Below, in pieces: positions 19,762 to 30,430 of a DNA stretch of 64,000 nt (positions are counted from its first letter, which is position 1; each line of letters opens with the position of its first letter). The DNA is from Natronospirales bacterium (GTDB lineage: Bacteria; Pseudomonadota; Gammaproteobacteria; Natronospirales; REEB76), in the NCBI GenBank assembly GCA_021816765.1, contig JAKAXB010000003.1, positions 100,074 to 164,073 of the forward strand, read 5' to 3'. Under the pieces are notes generated by a model. The model saw only the letters and a program-made list of their open reading frames with translations. It did not search any database and was not told the DNA's origin. A program made the position numbers and the translations under genes.

Positions 19762-19944
19762 GATTTCGTCCCAACCCCCGGACAGTGGATAATGGCCGGG
19801 TGCGGCATGCGTCCCTGATCAGCCATACCGGCAGGGCAGACCTGCCGACACACATTAACTTATAAGCCTGTTCTGCTGCGCTGGCAAACTGCAATGGCCC
19901 ACCCAGCCTCTATTTGCAGCGCAGTTAAGGAGCCTCCGCGGCAC

Positions 19945-20493
19945 ATGCCACGCAAATTCCTCAACAAGCTGATGCCGGACCGGCAGAGATTGCGCAACAA
20001 ACTCCGCGATAAATGGTATGTGCGCCCCTTCAAGGACCTGCTGTATGACCCGGCGCTCTGGCATATAAACCGCCGTGGCAGTTGTGGTGCCTTGGCGCTG
20101 GGATTGTTCATCTGCTGCCTGCCGATCCCCGGGCATATGCTGTTGGCAGTGCTCGGCGCCTTCTACTGGCGCTTTAACATCCCCATCGCCGTGGTATCGG
20201 TTTGGGCCAATAACCCGCTCACCATAGGACCTATCTACTATTTCAGCTACCAGCTTGGCGCCCATATCCTCCGCCAGAAACCGCATCCGTTCCCCGATGA
20301 GCTTTCCATTAATTGGTTGATCTCGGAATTCTCACGCATCTGGGAACCGCTGTGGCTGGGTTGCATCATCGCCGGTATTCTGCTCGCCGGCATCGGCTAT
20401 ATCGTTCTCAGTATCACCTGGCAGGTTTCCATTCGCCTGCGCTGGCACAGACGGCAGCGTGAACGCAACGACAAAAGACTGGCGGATCAGTAG
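19945..20493 (+). CDS. DUF2062 family membrane protein
   Basis: Track ORF trimmed to the ATG at 19945 (AAGGAG at 19927-19932). The translation MPRKFLNKLMPDRQRL...PALWHINRRG...PIPGHMLLA resembles DUF2062 by recall. A homologue sits between comEC and the lol genes in Pseudomonas. Confidence 0.7.
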   Translation: MPRKFLNKLMPDRQRLRNKLRDKWYVRPFKDLLYDPALWHINRRGSCGALALGLFICCLPIPGHMLLAVLGAFYWRFNIPIAVVSVWANNPLTIGPIYYFSYQLGAHILRQKPHPFPDELSINWLISEFSRIWEPLWLGCIIAGILLAGIGYIVLSITWQVSIRLRWHRRQRERNDKRLADQ

Positions 20494-20508
20494 CTGGTAA
20501 GCAGCCGA

Positions 20509-21222
20509 TCACACGCGCAGCAATCCTTCCTCCAGATGCAGCACACGCCCCATGCGCGTTGCCAACCGGGTATCGTGGGTCACCAGTACCAGGCTGGTAT
20601 TGAAATCACGGTTGAGTTCCAGCAGGAGCGCATACACCTGCTCGCCGGTGTGCGCATCCAGATTTCCGGTTGGTTCGTCCGCCAGCACCACCGCCGGGCG
20701 ATGAATCAATGCCCGCGCCACCGCGGTGCGCTGGCGTTCACCACCGGACAACTGACCGGGTTTGTGGCCCAGCCGCTTCCCCAAGCCCACTCTTTCCAGC
20801 AATGCTTGCGCCTGTCCCTTGGCAGCCTGTGGATCGGCGCCGCGGATGAGCAGCGGCATGGCAACGTTTTCCAAAGCACTGAATTCCGGCAGCAGATGAT
20901 GGAATTGATAAACGAAACCGAGGACACGATTGCGTAACAAACCGCGTGCGGCATCGCTCAGGTGATTAATGGACTCACCCGTCACATGCACCTCACCGCC
21001 GGTAGGCAGATCCAGCCCGCCCAGCAAGTGCAACAACGTGCTCTTGCCGGAGCCGGAGGCGCCTACAATGGCCACGCGTTCACCCGGCGCCACCGACAGA
21101 TTCACGCCATTCAGCACTTCCACAACATTGCCCGTTTCCACGAAGTGCTTGACGAGATTCTCACAGCGAACCACCGGGCCATCAACGCGGTTGTTTGCCG
21201 TATCAAGGCGGGAGCTATTCAT
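20509..21222 (-). CDS. lolD: Lipoprotein-releasing system ATP-binding protein LolD
   Basis: 237 aa with [28 protein letters not shown]. The start overlaps the lolC stop by 8 nt. Confidence 0.9.
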   Translation of the reverse strand: MNSSRLDTANNRVDGPVVRCENLVKHFVETGNVVEVLNGVNLSVAPGERVAIVGASGSGKSTLLHLLGGLDLPTGGEVHVTGESINHLSDAARGLLRNRVLGFVYQFHHLLPEFSALENVAMPLLIRGADPQAAKGQAQALLERVGLGKRLGHKPGQLSGGERQRTAVARALIHRPAVVLADEPTGNLDAHTGEQVYALLLELNRDFNTSLVLVTHDTRLATRMGRVLHLEEGLLRV

Positions 21223-22462
21223 ACCGCAATGCCTCCGCCGGCTGTGTGCGAGCCGCGCGCCACGCGGGATACAGGGTAGCCAGCACCGTCAGTAAGAATG
21301 TCGCAATGGTGACCTTGAGCACATCGCTGACATAAATGTCTGAAGGCAGGTTATTGATGTAATAGACGCTGGCCGGCAGGAATTGCGTGTGAAATACGCG
21401 TTGCAGGAATTCCACTATGTTATTGACGTTATGCGCCAGCAGGATGCCGAGCACCATGCCAAGCAGGGTGCCCAGAAAGCCGATCAGCGTCCCCTGTACG
21501 ATAAAAATCCCCATGATGCCCTTGGGGGTAACCCCCAGCGTACGCAAAATGGCGATATCTGACTGCTTGTCAGTCACCGCCATAACCAACACGATGACGA
21601 TGCTGATGGCAGCCACCAGTTCGATAAGCGACAGGATCACGAACATCACCGTCTTCTCCATGGCGATGGCCTTCCATAAATTTGCGTTTTGCTGCGTCCA
21701 GTCGCTGATGTAATAATTACCATGAAAAGCCGTCACCAGTCTGCGGGCCACATCCGGTGCCAGCAGATTGTTGTCGAGCTTCAGACGCACGCCGGTGACC
21801 GCACTACCCATGCCATAGAGCGTCTGGGCATCCTTGAGATCAATCAGCGCCAGAGCGCTGTCGTACTGATATACACCCGCATAAAATATGCCCACGACGG
21901 TAAACCGCCGCAGGCGCGGGATAATGCCTGCCGGCGTGACGTTACCCTTGGAGATCAGCATGATCACCTTGTCGCCCGGCCCCACGCCCAGGGAATAAGC
22001 CAGATCCTTGCCGAGAATGATGTTGTACTTACCCGGCTTCAGATCACTGAGACTGCCGCTCACCATCTTCCTGCCCACGCCCGATACCGCCGGTTCTTCG
22101 CCCGGAACAATACCGCGCACCACGGTGCCGCTCATGTTGGCGCCGTTGGCAAGCATGGCCTGATCCTCTATATAAGGTGCCGCACCGGTCACATGCGGCA
22201 TACCCCGCACCTTCCGCATGACGCTCTGCCAGTCGTTCAGCCGGCCCGAGTAACCGGAAATTGTGACGTCGGAAACCATGCTCAGAATGCGGGTGCGCAA
22301 CTCATTCTGAAAGCCGTTCATCACGGAAAGTACGGTAATGAGCGCCATGACACCGATGGCTATGGCCACCATGGACAGAAACGAGATGAAGGAGATGAAC
22401 TGATTGCGGCGCTTGGCGCGGAAATAACGCAGGCCTACAAACAGGGGGAGCGGTCGGAACAT
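21215..22462 (-). CDS. lolC: Lipoprotein-releasing system permease, LolC/LolE family
   Basis: 415 aa with MacB-like periplasmic and FtsX domains; N-terminus [25 protein letters not shown]. Confidence 0.9.
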   Translation of the reverse strand: MFRPLPLFVGLRYFRAKRRNQFISFISFLSMVAIAIGVMALITVLSVMNGFQNELRTRILSMVSDVTISGYSGRLNDWQSVMRKVRGMPHVTGAAPYIEDQAMLANGANMSGTVVRGIVPGEEPAVSGVGRKMVSGSLSDLKPGKYNIILGKDLAYSLGVGPGDKVIMLISKGNVTPAGIIPRLRRFTVVGIFYAGVYQYDSALALIDLKDAQTLYGMGSAVTGVRLKLDNNLLAPDVARRLVTAFHGNYYISDWTQQNANLWKAIAMEKTVMFVILSLIELVAAISIVIVLVMAVTDKQSDIAILRTLGVTPKGIMGIFIVQGTLIGFLGTLLGMVLGILLAHNVNNIVEFLQRVFHTQFLPASVYYINNLPSDIYVSDVLKVTIATFLLTVLATLYPAWRAARTQPAEALRYE

Positions 22463-22491
22463 GGGCGTGCATTAAAACATAAAAAGACGGT

Positions 22492-23202
22492 TTATTCGAT
22501 ATTCACGGGCACCGCGCGATACAAAACCACTTCCTCAGGCGTCACCCGTGCCACATAGGCGCACACTTCCACGCCCTGCCGTACCACCTCACGCAGGGTT
22601 CTGCCATATATCGGATCAATGGCATCAGCCGGCCGCACCTCGTGCACGTCATTCCGTTGTACGCAAAAGCACAACATGGCGCGCTGGCCCTGTCGCACTT
22701 TGTGCATCAATTCCCGCAGGTGACGGCTGGCACGCTCGCTCACCGCATCCGGAAATAGCGCCACACCACTCGCCACCGCCGCAGTGACGTTTTTCACTTC
22801 CAGGTAGCAATCGGGATGGGCCCTGTGACCGGAAAGCAGGAAATCCACCCGAAAACCCTCCCCGGCCGCCACCTCACCCTTGAGTACTGCATAGCGTTGA
22901 AGCTCCCGGATGACACCCCCTGCAATCGCCTCCCGGACCAGAGCGTTGCTGCGGCCGGTATGCATGCCCACCAAGACCTTTGGCAAGGCTTCCACCAGCT
23001 CCCAGGTCCAGACATATTTGCGCGCCGGGTTGGCGGCCCGGCTGAGCCATACCCGCATGCCGGGCTCCCGGCAGCCCAGCATGGAGCCGGTATTGGGACA
23101 ATGGACCGTGCATCTTCGGCCGTCGTGGAATTCCACATCGGCCAGGAAACGCTGGTAGCGGCGCAGCAGCCTTGCTTCCACCAGCGGGGCTTCAAACCGC
23201 AT
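22492..23202 (-). CDS. sfsA: Sugar fermentation stimulation protein SfsA
   Basis: 236 aa; MRFEAPLVEARLLRRYQRFLADVEF is the typical SfsA N-terminus. Confidence 0.9.
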   Translation of the reverse strand: MRFEAPLVEARLLRRYQRFLADVEFHDGRRCTVHCPNTGSMLGCREPGMRVWLSRAANPARKYVWTWELVEALPKVLVGMHTGRSNALVREAIAGGVIRELQRYAVLKGEVAAGEGFRVDFLLSGHRAHPDCYLEVKNVTAAVASGVALFPDAVSERASRHLRELMHKVRQGQRAMLCFCVQRNDVHEVRPADAIDPIYGRTLREVVRQGVEVCAYVARVTPEEVVLYRAVPVNIE

Positions 23203-23323
23203 GCATCCGCCTGATAAGCCGGCTTCTCAAGGAAATCATGTAAGCTGGCGCCCTAAAAGGCTTTTTAGCATGAAATTCCAGTGCTATATTTAGACTATGT
23301 TTTTGCACTGGGGGAGACCCAAC

Positions 23324-23869
23324 ATGGGGCGTCATCTATTGCTTTCCACCCTCGTCACCGGCCTGCTGGGTCTCGCGAGCGCGGCCATGGCCGGTAACCT
23401 TAGCACACCGGCCGGGACTTTACCGGCGGCGGCTGCCAAGAGCACGGCCACATCGCCTGCTGCCGGTAATACATCGGCCGCCACCCCTGCAACGGATTCC
23501 TCCGCCGCAACGACTCAGGCTGCGCCCGCGGCTGCTACGCAGGTAATGCCGCTGCAGGCAGAAGGTACGCCGGCCGCCGCCACGGAAATCACCCCTGCGA
23601 CAGTACCCGCATCGGTTTCGGCGCAGACAACATCCGAAGAGATCGGCCCTTCCATGCCGGTACGCGGCATGAACATGGCCAACGTGGAACATATTTTTGG
23701 CGCACCACTGCAGAAATTGCCGGCGGTACCGGCCGTAGGCAACAAGCTGCATCCGCCCATCACCCGCTGGGTCTATCCGCACTATGTAGTCTATTTCGAA
23801 TACAATGACGTCATCCACTCGGTGCTGAAGGCCCACCCCTTCGCGGGCAGCAGCCACCGCGATGGGTGA
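23324..23869 (+). CDS. Hypothetical secreted protein with Ala/Thr/Pro-rich linker
   Basis: Track ORF 23297..23869. The ATG at 23324 follows GGGGAGA. Signal peptide MGRHLLLSTLVTGLLGLASAAMA, then ~100 aa of low complexity, then a ~70-aa C-terminal domain (...PPITRWVYPHYVVYFEYNDVIHSV...) that I cannot assign. Confidence 0.6.
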   Translation: MGRHLLLSTLVTGLLGLASAAMAGNLSTPAGTLPAAAAKSTATSPAAGNTSAATPATDSSAATTQAAPAAATQVMPLQAEGTPAAATEITPATVPASVSAQTTSEEIGPSMPVRGMNMANVEHIFGAPLQKLPAVPAVGNKLHPPITRWVYPHYVVYFEYNDVIHSVLKAHPFAGSSHRDG

Positions 23870-23939
23870 AAGTTCAGACATCTGATTTTCACATGGCGCC
23901 CGGCATCCAGCCGGGCGCGCCGTATCTGACATCAGGAAT

Positions 23940-24989
23940 ATGAACGCAAATTATCACCTGCCTCCCGAATGGGCACCGCAGAGCGGCGTCATGCTTACCT
24001 GGCCCCGCAGCGATGGTGACTGGAATCCGGACTACGCCTCCGTGGAACGCTGCCACACACAGCTTGCCAGGGAAATCAGTCTGCAGGAACAGGTGGTTAT
24101 TACCTGCATGGATGACGTCCACGCAGACAAAATCCGGCGTCTGGTAAAAGATGCCGGCGGTCGGCCGGAGCGGTTGCATCTGTTTGCCCTGCCCTCCAAC
24201 GATGCCTGGGCGCGGGATCACGGTCCCATCACGGTATGGAAGGATGGCAGGCTCACGTTGCTGGATTTCATCTTCAACGGCTGGGGCAGCAAGTATCCTC
24301 ATGCTTATGACAACGAGATTACCGTCCAGCTCCACGCCCGCGGCGCCTTCGGCACGACACCGCTGGAAAGTTTCAAGCTGGTACTGGAAGGCGGGAGCAT
24401 CGAGGTGGATGGGGAAGGCACGCTGCTGACTACCGAAAGCTGCCTGCTGAATCCCAACCGCAATCCGCAACTGAACCGCGGGCAGATTGAAAGGCATCTG
24501 CGGCGTTTCCTGGGTGTGGATTACATCCTGTGGCTGAAGTATGGCGCCATCGAGGGCGATGACACCGACGGTCACATCGACACCCTTGCGCGTCTCTGTG
24601 ATGCACATACCATCGCCTACCAGACCTGCGACGATAAAAACGATCCCCAATATCCCCAACTGCGGGCCATGGCGGAGGAGCTCATGATTTTGCGCCGCCG
24701 AGACGGCCAACCTTACACGCTGGTGCCACTACCCTGGCCACGACCGGTACACGACCCCGCCGGCCGGCGGCTGCCCGCCACCTACGCCAATTTCCTCATC
24801 ATCAATGGCGCGGTACTGGTGCCGACCTATAATGACCCGGCGGATGCGCTCGCACTCAAGACGCTGGCGGGCTGTTTCCCGGACCGACAGATCGTGCCGG
24901 TCATGTGCCGGCCGCTCATCTATCAATACGGCAGTCTGCACTGCGTGACCATGCAGTTACCCCAAGCTGTGGTTCCGGAAAGTACTTGA
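23940..24989 (+). CDS. aguA: Agmatine deiminase
   Basis: 349 aa. Has PPEWAPQSGVMLTWP, DAWARDHGP, and catalytic Cys context GSLHCVTMQ. Confidence 0.9.
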   Translation: MNANYHLPPEWAPQSGVMLTWPRSDGDWNPDYASVERCHTQLAREISLQEQVVITCMDDVHADKIRRLVKDAGGRPERLHLFALPSNDAWARDHGPITVWKDGRLTLLDFIFNGWGSKYPHAYDNEITVQLHARGAFGTTPLESFKLVLEGGSIEVDGEGTLLTTESCLLNPNRNPQLNRGQIERHLRRFLGVDYILWLKYGAIEGDDTDGHIDTLARLCDAHTIAYQTCDDKNDPQYPQLRAMAEELMILRRRDGQPYTLVPLPWPRPVHDPAGRRLPATYANFLIINGAVLVPTYNDPADALALKTLAGCFPDRQIVPVMCRPLIYQYGSLHCVTMQLPQAVVPEST

Positions 24990-24991
24990 AC

Positions 24992-25885
24992 ATGACGAAG
25001 CAGAAAATCCTTACCGTCGCGCTGGTGCAGCAAAGCTGCACCGCCGACCGTGCCCGCAACCTGGCGGAGAGCATCAAGGGCATCCACGAGGCGGCCAAGC
25101 GCGGCGCGAAACTGGTGCTGCTGCAGGAGCTGCACACCGGATTGTATTTCTGCCAGACGGAGGATACCCGGATCTTCGATCTGGCCGAACCCGTTCCCGG
25201 TCCCTCCACCCGGGAATTGGGGGTAGTCGCTAAAGAACTGGGCATGGTGATCGTGGCTTCGCTGTTCGAGAAGCGCGCGCCGGGCATTCATCACAATACT
25301 GCCGCGGTGATTGAGAAAGACGGGTCCTTAGCCGGTATCTACCGCAAGATGCACATCCCGGACGATCCCGGCTATTCGGAAAAATTCTATTTCACGCCCG
25401 GCGACCTGGGTTTCCATCCCATCCAGACTTCCGTGGGCAGGCTGGGCGTGCTGGTGTGCTGGGACCAGTGGTATCCGGAAAGCGCGCGTTTGATGGCACT
25501 CTCCGGCGCGGAACTGCTGCTCTACCCCACCGCCATCGGCTGGACCGACGAGGACGATGTGGCCGAACAGGCCCGCCAACGGGACGCCTGGATCACCGTC
25601 CAGCGCGCACACGCCGTGGCCAACGGACTGCCGGTAATGGTATGCAACCGCACAGGCGTTGAAAAGGATACTTCAGGCCGCAGCAATGGCATCCGTTTTT
25701 GGGGATCCAGTTTCATCTGCGGCCCCCAAGGTGAATTCTTGGCACAGGCGGATACGGATATGCCCACGGTACTCATGTCGGATGTGGACTTGGCGCGCTC
25801 CGAAGCCGTGCGCCGTATCTGGCCGTATCTGCGCGACCGGCGTATTGATGCCTACGGCGATCTGTTGAAACGCTTCCGGGATTAA
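24992..25885 (+). CDS. aguB: N-carbamoylputrescine amidase (CN-hydrolase family)
   Basis: Track ORF 24905..25885 trimmed to the ATG at 24992, 2 nt after the aguA stop. MTKQKILTVALVQQSC..., catalytic Cys context LVCWDQWYPE. Confidence 0.9.
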   Translation: MTKQKILTVALVQQSCTADRARNLAESIKGIHEAAKRGAKLVLLQELHTGLYFCQTEDTRIFDLAEPVPGPSTRELGVVAKELGMVIVASLFEKRAPGIHHNTAAVIEKDGSLAGIYRKMHIPDDPGYSEKFYFTPGDLGFHPIQTSVGRLGVLVCWDQWYPESARLMALSGAELLLYPTAIGWTDEDDVAEQARQRDAWITVQRAHAVANGLPVMVCNRTGVEKDTSGRSNGIRFWGSSFICGPQGEFLAQADTDMPTVLMSDVDLARSEAVRRIWPYLRDRRIDAYGDLLKRFRD

Positions 25886-25907
25886 GTAAATCGGGCAAGA
25901 GATTGCC

Positions 25908-28900
25908 ATGACAACGGGTACTCCTCACCCCGCGCCGCGGGATGGATGCACTTATACGCCTGAAACCATGATCGACAAATTGCTCCCAAGCCCGTTGCCC
26001 AATGCCGCCCAATCACCGGTCCACTGGGGCCAGCTCTATGGCAGCAGCGTGTCATTGGCACTGGCCGGCGCCGCACAGCAGTCCAACTCTCCATTGCTCC
26101 TGGTGACACCCACCGCTCGCGAAGCGGAACTCATTGTGGACGAGTTGCGCTTCTATCTTGCTGCCGACACGCCGCCGGTGACATTGTTCCCCGACTGGGA
26201 AACCCTGCCCTACGATGTGTTCTCTCCGCACCAGGACATCATCTCCGGGCGTCTCGCCGCCCTGGCGCAACTCACGGATCTGCAGCGTGGCATGGTGGTG
26301 ATCGCTGCACCCACGCTGCTGCAGCGGCTGCCGCCACCCGCCTACGTGCTGGGTGGGACGTTCCTCCTCAAGGTGGGCGAGCGGCTGGATGCCGAAGCCA
26401 TGCGTCAGCGGCTGGTTGCCGCGGGTTATGCCCACGTATCCCAGGTCATGGAGCATGGCGAGTTCGCCATCCGCGGCGCGCTGCTGGACCTCTTCCCCAT
26501 GGGCAGTACCACGCCCTACCGCATTGATCTCTTCGATAAGGAGATCGAGACCATACGCCGCTTCGATCCGGATACACAACTCTCCCGGGAAAAACTCCAG
26601 GAGATAAGGTTGCTGCCGGCGCGGGAATTCCCCCTGGACGAGAATGGTATTCGTGGTTTCCGTCAGCGGTACCGCGCCCGCTTCGAGGGGGATCCGCAGA
26701 AAAACCCGATTTATCGCGACGTGAGTAACGGCCTCGCACCCAGCGGAGTTGAGTATTATCTGCCGCTGTTCTTCGACAGCACCGCCGGCTTCCTGGATTA
26801 CCTGCCGGGGGATGCCGTCATTGCCACACTCGAGGATACCCTGGGTTCCATGACCCAGGCCTGGACACAGATCGCGGACCGGTATGAGCAGCAACGTCAC
26901 GATATCGAACGGCCGCTGCTGCGCCCCGATGAGCTCTGGATCGTGCCCGAGGATGTACAACAAAAGCTGGCGGCGCGCCCGTGCATCCGGCTGCAGAGCT
27001 TCGAATTACCCGGCACGCACGCCACGAACTTCGCTACCGCCGCCCCCCCGCCTTTGCGGGTGGAAAATCGCGCCGAGGAGCCGGTGGAAAAACTGCTGGC
27101 ATTCCTGCAGAAATTCCCCGGCCGCGTGTTATTCGCTGCGGAATCCACCGGCCGGCGTGAGTATCTGCTGGAACTGCTGTCACGCCGGGATCTGAAACCG
27201 CTGACAGTGGATGGTTGGGCGGCTTTTCTGGACAGCCATGCTCGTATCGCCCTGTGCATCGCACCGCTGGAACGCGGTCTGCTGCTGCCGGAAGCAGGCA
27301 TTGCCCTCATCGCCGAGGAACAATTGTTCGGCCAGCGCGCCCGCCAGTCCAACCGGCGTGTCAGTAATCGCGACCCCGAAGCCATCATCCGCGATCTGGC
27401 GGCACTGGCCGAAGGCGCGCCGGTAGTGCACGAGGAGCACGGCGTGGGTCGCTATCTCGGTCTGCAACTGTTGGAACTGAACGGCATTGAGACGGAATTC
27501 CTGACCCTGGAGTACGCCGGCGGCGACAAACTGTACGTACCGGTGTCCTCGCTGCATCTCATCACCCGCTACAGCGGTAGCGCGCCGGAGACCGCACCCC
27601 TGCACCGCCTGGGCAGCGACCAGTGGCTAAAAGCCAGACGTCGTGCAGCCGAACAGGTACGGGACACGGCGGCGGAGCTTTTGGATATCTACGCGCGCCG
27701 CGCCGCCCGTAAAGGTCATGCCTTCAAGTTCGGCGAGCGGGATTATCAGGCCTTCGCCGAGGACTTTCCCTTCGACGAGACCCCCGACCAACTGAGCGCC
27801 ATCAACGGTGTCATTGAGGATATGACTTCCGGCAAACCCATGGACCGGGTGGTGTGCGGCGACGTGGGCTTCGGCAAAACCGAGGTAGCGCTGCGTGCCG
27901 CCTTTGCAGCCGTACAGGGCGGCAAGCAGGTTGCGGTGCTGGTGCCCACCACCTTGCTGGCGCAGCAGCACGCCCAGACTTTCCATGACCGCTTCGCCAA
28001 CTGGCCGGTACGTATCGAGGTATTGTCCCGCTTCCGTACCGGCAAGCAGCAACACGCCGTCATGCACGGCATTGCGGCAGGCCGTGTGGATATCGTCATC
28101 GGCACCCATGCGCTGCTGCGCGATGAACTGAAGTTCAAGGACCTGGGGCTGGTCATCATTGACGAAGAGCACCGCTTCGGCGTGCAACACAAGGAAAGGC
28201 TGAAAAAACTGCGCGCCGAGGTGGATATGCTAACCCTCACCGCCACGCCTATTCCGCGAACCCTCAACATGTCCCTGGCTGGACTGCGGGACTTCTCCAT
28301 CATCGCCACTCCGCCCGCCGAGCGCCTTGCCGTCAAAACCTTCGTGAGCGAGTGGCAGGATGCGCTCATCCAGGAAGCCTGCTTGCGCGAGATCAAGCGT
28401 GGCGGCCAGGTGTACTTCGTGCACAACAGCGTGGACACCATTGACAAGACTGCGGCTGAAGTGGCCGGGTTGGTGCCTGGCGCCGAGGTACGCATCGCCC
28501 ACGGCCAGATGCACGAACGCGATCTGGAGCAGGTGATGCTGGATTTTTATCACCGCCGCTTCAACGTTCTGGTATGCACCACCATCATTGAAAGCGGCAT
28601 TGATGTGCCTAGCGCCAATACCATGATCATCCATCGCGCCGACAAGCTGGGGCTGGCGCAACTGCACCAACTGCGTGGCCGCGTAGGCCGCTCCCACCAT
28701 CGCGCATACGCCTATCTGATTATCCCGCCGCGTGGCTTGCTCACCGCCGATGCCGTTAAGCGGCTGGAAGCGATCGAATCGCTGGAGGAATTGGGCGCCG
28801 GTTTCACCCTCGCCACCCACGACCTGGAGATCCGCGGCGCGGGAGAACTCCTGGGTGAAGAACAAAGCGGTCAGATTCACGAAGTGGGATTCACCCTCTA

Positions 28901-29426
28901 TACGGAGCTGCTGGAGCGAGCGGTACGCGCCCTCAAGAAAGGCAGGATCGTGGATCTGGAAGCACCGCTGGACCACGGCCCGGAAATTGATTTGCATATG
29001 CCGGCGCTCCTGCCCTCCGATTACCTAACGGATGTGCACCTGCGTCTCACTCTCTACAAGCGCATCGCCAGTGCCAAAAACCTGGAAGATCTGCACGAAT
29101 TGCAGGTGGAGATGATTGATCGCTTCGGCTTGCTGCCAAGTCCCGCCAAAACCCTGTTCCGCATCGCGGAACTCAAGCTCAAGGCGGCGCCCCTGGGTGT
29201 GCGCAAGATTGAGGCAGGGGCCAGCGGCGGGCGCATCAGCTTCAGTGATACCACCGGCGTGGACCCAGCTACCGTGATCCACATGATCCGGCAGCAGCCA
29301 CGGCACTTCAAACTGGATGGCAGCAATCGGCTGCGCTTCATGCTGGAGCTGGAGGATCGGGAAAAGCGTATCGTCGCGATAGATGCGTTACTGGACAAAC
29401 TCAGTGGCAAGGCTGCAACAGCCTGA
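25908..29426 (+). CDS. mfd: Transcription-repair coupling factor Mfd
   Basis: 1172 aa with a UvrB-homology N-terminus, an RNAP-interaction domain, and superfamily-2 translocase motifs (GDVGFGKTEVA, DEEHRFGV, QLHQLRGRVGR). The start could instead be the ATG at 25968. Confidence 0.95.
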   Translation: MTTGTPHPAPRDGCTYTPETMIDKLLPSPLPNAAQSPVHWGQLYGSSVSLALAGAAQQSNSPLLLVTPTAREAELIVDELRFYLAADTPPVTLFPDWETLPYDVFSPHQDIISGRLAALAQLTDLQRGMVVIAAPTLLQRLPPPAYVLGGTFLLKVGERLDAEAMRQRLVAAGYAHVSQVMEHGEFAIRGALLDLFPMGSTTPYRIDLFDKEIETIRRFDPDTQLSREKLQEIRLLPAREFPLDENGIRGFRQRYRARFEGDPQKNPIYRDVSNGLAPSGVEYYLPLFFDSTAGFLDYLPGDAVIATLEDTLGSMTQAWTQIADRYEQQRHDIERPLLRPDELWIVPEDVQQKLAARPCIRLQSFELPGTHATNFATAAPPPLRVENRAEEPVEKLLAFLQKFPGRVLFAAESTGRREYLLELLSRRDLKPLTVDGWAAFLDSHARIALCIAPLERGLLLPEAGIALIAEEQLFGQRARQSNRRVSNRDPEAIIRDLAALAEGAPVVHEEHGVGRYLGLQLLELNGIETEFLTLEYAGGDKLYVPVSSLHLITRYSGSAPETAPLHRLGSDQWLKARRRAAEQVRDTAAELLDIYARRAARKGHAFKFGERDYQAFAEDFPFDETPDQLSAINGVIEDMTSGKPMDRVVCGDVGFGKTEVALRAAFAAVQGGKQVAVLVPTTLLAQQHAQTFHDRFANWPVRIEVLSRFRTGKQQHAVMHGIAAGRVDIVIGTHALLRDELKFKDLGLVIIDEEHRFGVQHKERLKKLRAEVDMLTLTATPIPRTLNMSLAGLRDFSIIATPPAERLAVKTFVSEWQDALIQEACLREIKRGGQVYFVHNSVDTIDKTAAEVAGLVPGAEVRIAHGQMHERDLEQVMLDFYHRRFNVLVCTTIIESGIDVPSANTMIIHRADKLGLAQLHQLRGRVGRSHHRAYAYLIIPPRGLLTADAVKRLEAIESLEELGAGFTLATHDLEIRGAGELLGEEQSGQIHEVGFTLYTELLERAVRALKKGRIVDLEAPLDHGPEIDLHMPALLPSDYLTDVHLRLTLYKRIASAKNLEDLHELQVEMIDRFGLLPSPAKTLFRIAELKLKAAPLGVRKIEAGASGGRISFSDTTGVDPATVIHMIRQQPRHFKLDGSNRLRFMLELEDREKRIVAIDALLDKLSGKAATA

Positions 29427-29646
29427 CAACCCCCACTGTCAGCCATGCTCAAGAACAGTTACACTTTCCGATGTTCGTCATGCCCGCGCAGCATCTGCTT
29501 TTGTGCGGGCAAGGATGGGAATTTATCTTGTGTCAACTGGCATAAGCGCATCGCACGTTACCGGCGAATCCATGTCGGCAATGCTGCGTTTATTCCGGCT
29601 TATTTTTGATGTCTGCCCCGGCGGGCATCACGGCAAGAGGTGTCCA

Positions 29647-30408
29647 GTGAAACTGCTGCGTATCGGCCTAGTACTTGTCACACTGCTGCTCTCTCCGCTG
29701 TATGCGGTTGCTGCAGGTGGACCCGCGGAAAATACCGCACCACCACCCAATTGGTATGCTGTGGAACTTATCGTGTTCCGCTATACGGACCCCCGCGCGG
29801 GTTCTCTGGAAACTTGGCCTGTTAACCCCGGTACGCCCGATTGGCAGGCTGCTCAGCCACTCGCCGCCCCCAGCTTGCCTGCCAACACACCGTTCCGGGA
29901 ACTCACTCCGGTACATTTCCGCATGGATGGCTACTGGCGGAAACTGCAGCGTTCTTCCGATTACCTGCCGCTGCTGCATGTCGCCTGGGTACAACCGGCC
30001 ATTGACCGCGCCAGCGCACCATTTGTGCGCATCGGCACACCGCCCGCCAGCGCGGCGCCTACCGCTGTGACAGCAGCCCCGTCTGGAGCCGCCGCCCTGG
30101 GTGGCGGCGTGCCTGTTTATGGCATCGCGAGGCTCAGCACCACCGGCCCCTATCTGCACTTTGATCTCGACCTGGTGTTCTGCGGACCACCCGCAGCTCA
30201 TCTCATTCCGCCCCCGCCGGGTCCCTCCGCAGCCGCAAGCGTCATAAACGCGCCTACCGCCACCACAGCAGCAATCACCATGCCCGTTGCTGCAGCCTGC
30301 CAGCCATACCGGCTCAAGCAGGGACGGCGCATTGATGCGGGCAGGCTGGATTATTTCGACCATCCCATGTTTGGAGTGTTGTTACTGGTGACACCGCAAT
30401 CGAAATGA
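29647..30408 (+). CDS. CsiV-like (DUF2803) periplasmic protein
   Basis: Track ORF 29383..30408 overlaps mfd. A GTG at 29647 with AAGAGG 6 nt upstream gives the signal peptide VKLLRIGLVLVTLLLSPLYAVAA, followed by NWYAVELIVFRY, which resembles the family N-terminal motif by recall. An alternative ATG lies at 29572. Confidence 0.55.
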   Translation: MKLLRIGLVLVTLLLSPLYAVAAGGPAENTAPPPNWYAVELIVFRYTDPRAGSLETWPVNPGTPDWQAAQPLAAPSLPANTPFRELTPVHFRMDGYWRKLQRSSDYLPLLHVAWVQPAIDRASAPFVRIGTPPASAAPTAVTAAPSGAAALGGGVPVYGIARLSTTGPYLHFDLDLVFCGPPAAHLIPPPPGPSAAASVINAPTATTAAITMPVAAACQPYRLKQGRRIDAGRLDYFDHPMFGVLLLVTPQSK

Positions 30409-30430
30409 ACACCTCATCTCCGCATACCCG

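Noticed and set aside
29427-29646. Possible extra small gene or longer CsiV-like N-terminus (ATG 29572) after mfd.
   Set aside because: The GTG at 29647 has a proper SD and yields a standard signal peptide. The upstream in-frame residues (MSAMLRLFRLIFDVCPGGHHGKRCP) look non-native. This is kept only as an alternative start.
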